From Salisapilia sapeloensis CBS 127946 (Eukaryota; Protista; Oomycota), in contig JAADVB010000172.1 in assembly GCA_023334545.1 (NCBI GenBank), forward strand, positions 1 to 40,874: DNA of 40,874 bases, given 5' to 3'. The notes under the pieces were generated by a model. That model was not told where the DNA came from and ran no database searches. It was given only the letters and a program-made list of their open reading frames with translations. A program made the translations under genes and the position numbers. How positions within the stretch are numbered: position 1 is the first letter of the stretch; the number at the start of each line of letters is the position of its first letter. This document shows positions 9,552 to 18,344 of the stretch, in pieces.

Positions 9552-11526
9552 ATGTCCCAATCACTCTTTCCTCAGTTCGGCAACGTATTTGGCGGTGGCA
9601 ATACCTCCGGGCGAGTATGTCTACTCTATTCATCTATCTAATTCCTCTTATTATCTCTAGTTTGCATTGTGTACAATTTACTGACCAACGATCTTCGTCT
9701 ATCTCTTCATTTGCTTAGAATGAACTCGTGGCGTTTAATGCTGGCAAGATGACAGTCAAGCCGACGTCGAGTGGAAAAGTCTTGATTACACCGGAAACGA
9801 AGAAGGGCAAAGTCGCTCTCACCCGTGGGGATGACCAGCTCCTTCACTTCCAATGGATCGACCGTCAAACCGGCGCAAGCGTCGAGGTAGGACATTTTCG
9901 TCATGAATACACATACAGAATCTAATGGACAAGTAGGACTTTATCATCTTCCCAGACGATGCTTCGTTTGAAAAGGTTGATACCGGTCGCCCAGGTGACC
10001 GTGTCTTTATCCTCCAGTACAAGAACTCGTCTCGTCGATTCTTCTTCTGGATGCAGAGCAAAGACGATTCTCGCGACGAGGAAATCGTCCGAAAGGTAAA
10101 TGACTACATGAACAATGCGCAGCAGGCTCCCAGTGCCACTGGCGACTCTAGAACCGGTGCCAACAATGTGCAACTGGACCACAACGCCATCATGCAAATG
10201 CTCGGGTATGTCTCTCGTCTCAACACATAAGAAAGCGTACTAATAGTCGATTAGTGCCATGAACAGCGGCGAGCAAGGTCGTGGCTCTAATGCCTCTGGT
10301 CAGTCCGGTGCAGCAGCCCAGAGTTCTGTCCAGATGGCCGAGCTGCAGAACATTTTGCAGAACATGGGTCTACCTGCGAACCAGCAGTCGGCCGCGTCGT
10401 CTCCGGCCACTTCTGCAGCTAGCTCCTCTCAAGTGTCTCAGAACGGTGGTGGCAGCTCCGCTGCTGCGACGACTGCATCGACGCAGCAGGAGCATGACGT
10501 GAGTGGCATGGACGTGGACGAAATGTCCGAGGAAGAGCTGCTGCGTCTGGCGATTGAAGAGAGTATGCGCGACACAGGAGGTAATACGAATGCAAGTCAG
10601 GATGACAGTGAAGGGCAGGACAAGAGTGGCAGTCGAGACGCATCGTAAGAGTATGGGGTGGCGGGCTTGAAAGTTCCTGATGCGATAACAACCAATACAA
10701 GTAATCCTTCTTTCCACACCAATGTCCGCTCGCCACTCGACTTTGTCGTAAGATCTCCCTTTCACTTTCCTCGCTTCATTCTTCCCTACTAATGTATCCG
10801 AAGTAGACGCACCTGTCATCCAGGAGGTACGAGACCAGCATCTAATGATATGGTAATGTAGAAACGACGGAGAGATCGACTACGGAGCAGGAGAGTACGT
10901 CTGCTGCACAAGATAGTGCATCGGCTACTTCCTTTACGCCTGCTACGGCGCCAGCGACCTCTGCACCCCAAAATCAGGTGTCAGCGGAAGATTTGCAACG
11001 TGCCATGGCGTTCTTCCAAGGCTCGTTTAACGTAGGTTACCATTGAAATATGCGCTAGAAGTGATCTTATGAATGTGGTAGCAACGTCGGCAAGGAATAT
11101 CGCTGATGAAATTGCTGTCAGCGTCTAATGTTGCTGGTATTCTTGATGATGACGAAGCTGTGGAGCAATTGTTACCGTTGCTACCTGAAAGTGCGCAGAC
11201 CAAGGAAGAGCTTCGTGCAACGGTACGTTTCTCTTATCAATATCGTTTGACATCTACTTACTATATGCGAGTAGCTCCATTCTCCACAGCTACGTCAAGG
11301 CATTGCATCCTTAGTAGGTGCGCTCGAGACGGGGAACTACAACGCTGTGTTGACGAACTTTAGTCTCGATCCGAATGCCGGTGCCAACGAAATGGCTCGA
11401 GGCGATAGTACGTATATTAATATCTTGTGACTGGTTTAATGGAAACTAAGACTGTATCTAGGCGTTGGTGCATTCTTAGCTGCTCTCCAACACTGGGCTG
11501 CGCAACAAGAGAATGAAGATGCGTAG
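9552..11526 (+). CDS. RPN13: Proteasome ubiquitin receptor Rpn13/ADRM1 (Pru, UIM-like motif, DEUBAD), multi-exon
   Basis: Inferred exons 9552-9614, 9719-9886, 9937-10205, 10255-(10580 or 10644), optional 10807-10826, 10862-11031, 11082-11222, 11275-11407, 11462-11526; all GT-AG and phase-compatible. Spliced product has MSQSLFPQF...NELVAFNAGKM, DFIIFPDDASFEKV, FFFWMQ (Pru) and LHSPQLRQGIASLVGALETG...VGAFLAAL (DEUBAD). Confidence 0.9.
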
Positions 11527-11729
11527 ATGGACACATCCGAGGTCGAAATACACGACTGAATCTCCATTTCTTGCTCTTGTTCCTTTTTCTACCAATGACA
11601 TGTGGTACAGGGGAATTGTAACCAATCCCATGGCTACAACTACAACATTAAACGTATAGCTCTTGTCTTCGTCATCGGAGCAGACGTCCATTTCTTCCCA
11701 TCCATTGTGCGTGACAAGGTGCTAGGAGA

Positions 11730-14135
11730 ATGGAAATGGATGCATGGGGGTTTGATGTACCTCCAACATTTCGTAATGAAGTCTTGGGGTATGCGTCCCA
11801 CTCGACCACTAGTAGTCGAGCTGTTATCACACCCGTTGTGGCGTATGCGACTATGCTAGTTGCTATTCGTGCCTTGTTATCATCTCCAGGTACTGATAAT
11901 GCATTCGTATTAGTGTACATGTTCCCGACCATGTTGCTCGTGCAATGGGGAGCGACAGCTTGGCATACAGACCCATACGGACGAAAGAGTATGCCATCAA
12001 GTCACTGGACTACTGCAATGCTTCCGAACGTTGTGCAGCTACTAGTACAGAATACCCTGCGTCTTGTCGCTATGTATCACTTTGGTCTTTTATTCGGCCT
12101 ACTACTTGAGTTCATCGACTCGTTGCTCCTTCAGCGGTTGAAACGAGCCTGTGGGATGCCGATGGATGGTCCATTAAGTCTCTCCTCCCTCCACAGCATT
12201 CAAGCAAACAGTGGCATGTGGGACTTAACTCTTGCAGTCGTCGGGCTTACTGTTGTCGCTGGTGTAGATGCTCAACAGTACGGGTCACTCGTGCGCACCA
12301 CACTGATCATTCTCACAGCCTTGGTCACAAGTGAGGTGAAGTACCACATCCCCACGCTACGTCTACACCAAGATCAAGTGGAGCTACAAAGCGCTTCTCT
12401 CGTTGCTTGCACTGTCCTATCTCTCATCGGTTATACACTCGGTGTCTTCCAATTGGTACTCGATACTTCTACCATCCCACTCGGCGGTTTCGCCGAAGAC
12501 TTTGGAGTAGTCACGTGGTTTATCTGTCTTGTCCTCTGTGCCGTCTCTCAATACGTAGCCAAGCGGTCCTATCGACAGTCGATGGAATCGTCTGAACTCG
12601 TTGTCGATGTTGCTTTACAAGTCAAAACGTCTCTTGCTTCTGTCGCCATGGCAGGTCTCACGTCATTTGTATACGCCGTGTACATGCACGATTGGTTGCA
12701 CTGTATTACGGAGCCATTAGCCTTGTCCATCCTCCTCTACACGCTTTCACGCCAGTATGCTAGCACCAGACACTCGGATGACATAAGCACACACGTTGAT
12801 CCGTCCTCTTCTAGTATCTCCGCTAAGAAAATCTTGCAGTCGTTGCTAAAGAGAGAAGATTCCCGACGTATGCTCCTCTTCCTCGCCGTCAACGTCTCCT
12901 TCATGTTCGTCGAGTTCGTCGTTGGCTTTTGGTCCAACTCGCTCGGTCTCATCGGCGACGCTGGTCACATGCTCTTTGACAACAGCGCTCTCGTCATCGG
13001 TCTTGCTGCATCGTATGTCGGCCAACTACCTGCCAATAACCGCTTCACCTACGGCTATGGCCGTGTCGAAGTGCTCTCTGGCTTTTTCAATTCCCTCTTC
13101 CTACTCTTCATCTCTGTCCATTTACTAGCAGAAGCTTTCACTCGATTTTTCGATCCACCTGAAGTCACGACAGACCATTTGCTCCTGACGTCTGTCCTCG
13201 GGTTAATTGTCAACCTGGTCGGTCTCGTCTGGTTCCATGACCAAGCACATGGACATAGTCACGACCACAGTCATGATCATGGCCACAGCCACGACCATTC
13301 GCATGAGAGTGGTGTCGGCAATAGCAACATGTACGGTGTCTATCTGCATGTACTCGCAGATACGTTAGGTAGTGTCGGTGTGATCATATCGTCTCTCTTG
13401 ATCGAGTATAAGGACTGGCATATTGCTGATCCATTGTCAAGTGCGATGATTGCACTGCTGATTTTTGGAAGTACGATCCCACTGTTGAAAGAAACGGTGG
13501 AACAACTTTTACAGCGGGTGCCGAAGAAGTTGGAGAAGGAAGTCAACACAGCGTTGATGGAAGTGCGATCGACTGTGTATGGAGTGGTGGACATTGAAAA
13601 GTGGAATGTCTGGAGACATTCAAATGACGATTGTGTCGGTAGTGTGCATGTCCTCGTGTCGGATAACGCCGACATGCAGTATGTTGTGGAGCAGACGAGA
13701 CGTATCTTTACGAGATACACACAGATCGACCGATTTCTGACAGTCCAAGTGTCAAAGCAGTACTTGGCACCGCAGCAAGGTTCACATGACCACAGTATAG
13801 GAGCGAAGGAAAGTCTTGAGGTGCATGGTTATAAAAAGATGAATCACGACTATGTCGTGACCGAAGCTGGAGGCATACCTGTCAACCACCAGATGCATTA
13901 TGGCCAACGGCACCAGACTGCATCGATGCATCCTTCACGTAACGAGAACTGGAACAATGGAAGCGCTTCTGTTCAGCATAGCGATGGTGATCTATCTCAT
14001 AGTCATGACCATAACCATGGACATGAACACCATCACCAGCATCCGACCACTCCAATCCTTCGTACTCGTCATGGGAGCCATTATGAAACTCGTTTAGGAT
14101 CTGAAATGCGAGCTTCCAGTAGACATTTTGACTAA
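11730..14135 (+). CDS. Cation diffusion facilitator Zn transporter, ZnT5/Msc2-like with N-terminal multi-TM extension
   Basis: GLIGDAGHMLFD and HVLADTLGS metal-site motifs, FTYGYGRVEVLSGF, His-rich loop, long hydrophobic N-terminal extension; exact start uncertain. Confidence 0.88.
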   Translation: MEMDAWGFDVPPTFRNEVLGYASHSTTSSRAVITPVVAYATMLVAIRALLSSPGTDNAFVLVYMFPTMLLVQWGATAWHTDPYGRKSMPSSHWTTAMLPNVVQLLVQNTLRLVAMYHFGLLFGLLLEFIDSLLLQRLKRACGMPMDGPLSLSSLHSIQANSGMWDLTLAVVGLTVVAGVDAQQYGSLVRTTLIILTALVTSEVKYHIPTLRLHQDQVELQSASLVACTVLSLIGYTLGVFQLVLDTSTIPLGGFAEDFGVVTWFICLVLCAVSQYVAKRSYRQSMESSELVVDVALQVKTSLASVAMAGLTSFVYAVYMHDWLHCITEPLALSILLYTLSRQYASTRHSDDISTHVDPSSSSISAKKILQSLLKREDSRRMLLFLAVNVSFMFVEFVVGFWSNSLGLIGDAGHMLFDNSALVIGLAASYVGQLPANNRFTYGYGRVEVLSGFFNSLFLLFISVHLLAEAFTRFFDPPEVTTDHLLLTSVLGLIVNLVGLVWFHDQAHGHSHDHSHDHGHSHDHSHESGVGNSNMYGVYLHVLADTLGSVGVIISSLLIEYKDWHIADPLSSAMIALLIFGSTIPLLKETVEQLLQRVPKKLEKEVNTALMEVRSTVYGVVDIEKWNVWRHSNDDCVGSVHVLVSDNADMQYVVEQTRRIFTRYTQIDRFLTVQVSKQYLAPQQGSHDHSIGAKESLEVHGYKKMNHDYVVTEAGGIPVNHQMHYGQRHQTASMHPSRNENWNNGSASVQHSDGDLSHSHDHNHGHEHHHQHPTTPILRTRHGSHYETRLGSEMRASSRHFD
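13248..13304 (+). repeat. Coding His-x repeat (HGHSHDHSHDHGHSHDHSH), CDF cytosolic loop
   Basis: Direct reading of sequence and translation. Confidence 0.9.
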
Positions 14136-14233
14136 GATTAAAATGCTGAATAATATGTTTGAAGTCTTGACAGTTGATGATCAAGTATTTTTAGCCTTTA
14201 TCACGAGTATAACAAGAGCCTTATCTACCAAGG

Positions 14234-16363
14234 ATGGATGACAGTGATGCGCAGATGGAAAGCTTTGAGAAATTCCATCATCATAGTAACCTGTCGCTGG
14301 ACACGAGAAAGTCACAGGTACTTGCTCCTGTATTAATGCCTGGGAAGCTGTGGGATCGTATTGAAAAAGCACAACGCCGAGCTGCTGCTTCGAAAGATGG
14401 CGTCTCGATCTTTTCAGCTAGAGAAAATATTTCTCGTGCATCGACTGCATTGGACTTGACGTCGAGTCAATTCGATCAATTTGGAGAACCGAGTATAGCA
14501 GACTATAGTCGTGTAGAGACTGCACCTAGCCTAGAACTGGCGTCCGGACTAGACTCTAAAAAGGATCACAGTGCCTCGACACCAAATCTTATATCTAGTA
14601 CCACGAAGGTGGACTATTTAGGCCGTCGGCACCTTCCCGATTTCGTGCTGAGTTACAAGATGAGGGACTTTGAAGCACGATCGTCAGCGAACAGTATGCT
14701 CTTCGATCCTTTGGACACGTCATTCGTCGGTCTAACGCTGGAGGAGAAAGAGAGCGTGATGCAAACGCTTCATGACAAAATCCAAAAGATTGCTCATAAC
14801 ACGGATATTCGATTTGCTGATCTGAAACATCGCTTGGATATGTGTGGTGTATTTGACTCCTCAGCAAACGCTCAAAGAGCTCAAGCAATGTGTCTCGTTG
14901 AACTACAGAAGAACTGTCAGCTTGACAAACTTCGAGATGAAGCTGTGGATGAGGTGCTGGCTCGAGCTGGTAAGCAGCGACGAAGCTTGTTAAAGTTTGT
15001 GTTTGGAGGTGATAAGGCAAATAGCGAAAGGGATAAGCGAGGATCTAGAAATCAACAGCGAGCACCACTGGACACGAAGAATGTGTTGTATATGGAAATG
15101 AAAAAGCAGCGCCGATCGTTGTCTAGTAAAAATGCAAAGAAACGGCTGCCAGCCTTGCAGCAAACAACGAGTGATGCCACGCAAGGTACCTCGGCCCGTA
15201 GAGGTCGAAAAAAGGGACCACGAGTCGATACTGGACAAAAGAATGATCCAGAAAACGGCAACGATACACTTCGGCAAGTGTCAGCTACTTGTAGCGTTAG
15301 TGAAGAGCAGTCGAATAGGATTGCTATTCGTCATCCACATGTAGCAAACGTACTGGAGCAATTTCATTCAGGAGCGATAAGCATCTCAGTCATTTCAGGG
15401 CGTCCAATAACAAGCGGGGTGAACGACCGCAACTTTGAGAGCTCCAAAATGCAGTCCACAGATCCCATCGCAGTTGCTGTCGGGGAATGGGCAAAGCGGC
15501 CTAATGGCTATATAGAAGCTGGTGCTCGAGCCGTTGAATTACTTACTCAGCGTTGTGAGGGGCGCCGTTGGGACTCGACTGAGCACTTCGAGTGGGACGA
15601 TGAAGCAGATACCGAGTTACCAGAGGCTTTATGGTCACGGATCCATGATTTTCACGATAGAAGGCTAAATCGAACTAGTGGTAATGAGAAAGGTACTAAT
15701 AACGATGATACACCGGAAGAAACGGACAAAGAGCGGTTTGCTAGGATTAGACAGGAGTATGCTCTCGCGCAAGACCGAATACGAAGTAAGTTGGAAAACT
15801 CAAAGATGGAACAGAAACGCAGACTAAGAGTTCGAGCAAAAGAAAGCAAACTGAGAAAGCATGTAACCAGGCAAATGTTGGGTCCCACTGTTTTAGGCAA
15901 GATTAGTCGTATTGAAGAGCATCTTCAAAGCTCTTCTCACTTAAGCAGTGATGAGACACGAGATTCTACCGAATCCATCGCACGGACATCTAGCTCTGCG
16001 CACGTAATGACACAACCTGGAATGAATAATGACAGTCTACGCACGTCTATATCAGCTCCGGCACTAGGTGCTCAGAGCTTAGTGATGACACAACAAGAAC
16101 GACGTATCGGTAGTTCGAAGGACCATGTTCGTCTAGACTTAATGGATCGAAGCCAAAGCAAGCGTGATTCTCGTCGAAATCGCTTTTTGATTGGAGCACC
16201 GCCTCCTTTTAATGATTGTACTCATGGACATTACTCTGACGCGCGCATCAAGATGAGGCGTGAGTCTGCACAGACCTGGTATTGGGATGCTACGAAGAAA
16301 CTTGAGCCTTGCGACTCAATTCTCGAAGAGAAATGTGGTGTCGGTGATAAGAACAGAACCTGA
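14234..16363 (+). CDS. Hypothetical hydrophilic 709-aa protein, no recognised domain
   Basis: Long uninterrupted ORF with charged helical segments and basic clusters (KKQRR, RRGRKKG). Confidence 0.7.
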   Translation: MDDSDAQMESFEKFHHHSNLSLDTRKSQVLAPVLMPGKLWDRIEKAQRRAAASKDGVSIFSARENISRASTALDLTSSQFDQFGEPSIADYSRVETAPSLELASGLDSKKDHSASTPNLISSTTKVDYLGRRHLPDFVLSYKMRDFEARSSANSMLFDPLDTSFVGLTLEEKESVMQTLHDKIQKIAHNTDIRFADLKHRLDMCGVFDSSANAQRAQAMCLVELQKNCQLDKLRDEAVDEVLARAGKQRRSLLKFVFGGDKANSERDKRGSRNQQRAPLDTKNVLYMEMKKQRRSLSSKNAKKRLPALQQTTSDATQGTSARRGRKKGPRVDTGQKNDPENGNDTLRQVSATCSVSEEQSNRIAIRHPHVANVLEQFHSGAISISVISGRPITSGVNDRNFESSKMQSTDPIAVAVGEWAKRPNGYIEAGARAVELLTQRCEGRRWDSTEHFEWDDEADTELPEALWSRIHDFHDRRLNRTSGNEKGTNNDDTPEETDKERFARIRQEYALAQDRIRSKLENSKMEQKRRLRVRAKESKLRKHVTRQMLGPTVLGKISRIEEHLQSSSHLSSDETRDSTESIARTSSSAHVMTQPGMNNDSLRTSISAPALGAQSLVMTQQERRIGSSKDHVRLDLMDRSQSKRDSRRNRFLIGAPPPFNDCTHGHYSDARIKMRRESAQTWYWDATKKLEPCDSILEEKCGVGDKNRT

Positions 16364-16700
16364 AGAGCCTAGCAAGATATTAGTTCGTGCTGGCATTGAA
16401 CTGGCACAAGGAGCAACTGCTACGCAGGAATAGCAACGAGATCTCGAATTAGTTTTGGCAAGTATCGTTTAAAATAAAATCGTATACGTACGCTTATTTC
16501 AGCAGTACATAGTGGACATGCAGAAATGCATATCTGTCAATGCAGACTTGCTTGGAATGGATATGTCGAGCTCAATTACGATAGAAAAGATCCCATAGAC
16601 CTAGCTGTGTACGTCTGTCACATTCACATAGATGTTTAACAGTGAGCTAACGATATAACCGCTACATCAATGACTGATCGACACATCTTCAGATATCGTC

Positions 16701-18158
16701 ATGCCGACTCGAGCGTACCAAGTGATCGAATACGTGCTGTTCTTTGCAGTGGCAATCGACTTGTCATTCCAGGCACCATGGATGGTGGAAAGGATGTATA
16801 AACTGCCAATTTCTGCGTGGGTACTGGAAACATCGCTCCCAATCCTTACAATCGTTCTACTGTATGTCCATCACTGGCGAGAGCAGCTTATCCCGTTGTA
16901 CGGAGCGCTAGCTACTTCGTTCTTCCATCGTTGCATGCTGTACTTCCCATCGTCGACTGGCACTGGGCCCCGTTATACGATCACAGGATCCTTTAGCTCT
17001 GCGATGTGGTACATCGCTGCTGTCGGACTATGCGCTAGTTTGATTTTGACACTCCTCTTCCCACTACCAGACTTTACAAAGCTTCATGGTGAATACCTGA
17101 CCATCGGAGGCTTGTCAGCGAGGATAGGAGGTGTTGACTGCCGAGTCTTTTATCCTTCAGCCAAAGCAGCGAACTCTGTGCCGCCAAAGCAGCGCATGCC
17201 CTACCTCCATCACGGTGAACATCTTGGTAAAGGCATTAGCATCTTTAGTAAAGTCCCAGAAGCCGCTTTCCGTAACTTCCAAAATGGATACTTGTCTGCT
17301 ATCCCGGATGCCGTTCTCGCCGACTCGAAAGAAGTGGGCAAGTCGGATGGATGGCCAGTCATCGTCTTTAGCCACGGTCTTGCTGGCTCACTAGAGCTCT
17401 ACTCGACAGTCAATCAAGAGCTAGCGAGTGCCGGTTTCGTTGTGATTGTCGTGAATCATAATGATGGTTCCGCTAGTGTCGCTAATGTCCTGAATAGTGA
17501 TATGAAGGAGGAAATTCGATACTATGACAAGATTCCAGCTGAAGTGTGGGAAAAGGGCACAGAGGCACTCATGGACTTTCGAAGAGACCAGCTCCGCCAC
17601 CGTGTCAGTGAAATGAAAGCTGTCGTTGATGCACTCTTTAGTCAAAAAGACGATGGCAGTAGACTAGCCCAAGTACTTTTATCCTGTGACAAAAACAAGG
17701 TGAACCTCGTCGGACATTCTTTCGGTGCTGCAACGACACTCACGACTGCGCATCAAGACGATCGGTATCAGACAGTCGTCCTGCTAGACGCGTGGCTAGA
17801 ACCTGTGGATGAATCGGTCAAAGTATCTAGCACGTCGACTAATGTACCTATGCTGCATCTCATCTCGGACCAATTCGCCGCTTGGAAGCCGAACTTTGAG
17901 GACATGAAGAAACATTCTGCAAGCAATAAAAACCACCGATCGAGGCTGATGCAAGTACGTGGGTCGAGGCACAACAATTTTTGCGACCTTCCGTTATTCT
18001 CGCCCTTCATCTCGAAGATATCGAAAGTAAGTGGCCCGATCGATCCAGTCGTAGCTTTGGAAATCATCGGTCGACTCAGTGCCACCTTTGTCCAGGGTGA
18101 ACAAGCATTTGTCGATACCTTAAGCGGTTACCCTCAGACATTTACACCGGCGGAATAA
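16701..18158 (+). CDS. Platelet-activating-factor acetylhydrolase-like alpha/beta hydrolase with N-terminal TM helices
   Basis: VIVFSHGLAGS, nucleophile elbow GHSFG, LLDAW (Asp), RHNNFCD (His); hydrophobic first ~120 aa. Confidence 0.85.
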   Translation: MPTRAYQVIEYVLFFAVAIDLSFQAPWMVERMYKLPISAWVLETSLPILTIVLLYVHHWREQLIPLYGALATSFFHRCMLYFPSSTGTGPRYTITGSFSSAMWYIAAVGLCASLILTLLFPLPDFTKLHGEYLTIGGLSARIGGVDCRVFYPSAKAANSVPPKQRMPYLHHGEHLGKGISIFSKVPEAAFRNFQNGYLSAIPDAVLADSKEVGKSDGWPVIVFSHGLAGSLELYSTVNQELASAGFVVIVVNHNDGSASVANVLNSDMKEEIRYYDKIPAEVWEKGTEALMDFRRDQLRHRVSEMKAVVDALFSQKDDGSRLAQVLLSCDKNKVNLVGHSFGAATTLTTAHQDDRYQTVVLLDAWLEPVDESVKVSSTSTNVPMLHLISDQFAAWKPNFEDMKKHSASNKNHRSRLMQVRGSRHNNFCDLPLFSPFISKISKVSGPIDPVVALEIIGRLSATFVQGEQAFVDTLSGYPQTFTPAE

Positions 18159-18344
18159 ATCAAACGAAATACAATTGAAAGTAAAAAAATGATTTTCCAT
18201 TTCGTACATACTACTTTGGATCGTAAAGTGTCTTCCAGTTTCTGCATGGACGGAAGGAGTGGAAGACAGAGAAAGAAATCAGTCGAGACACGCATGCAGG
18301 TTGAGTCCTCTGGGTTCCATCGAAAGTGCTGAATGCCAAGGCGT

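Noticed and set aside
10651-10720. Intronic GGGGTG...CTTGAAA...CCTGATG resembling the 5' half of a TPP riboswitch
   Set aside because: The conserved CTGAGA and the downstream TAATxCCxGCGxAGGGA elements are absent, and the host gene is unrelated to thiamine. An Infernal search with RF00059 would settle it.
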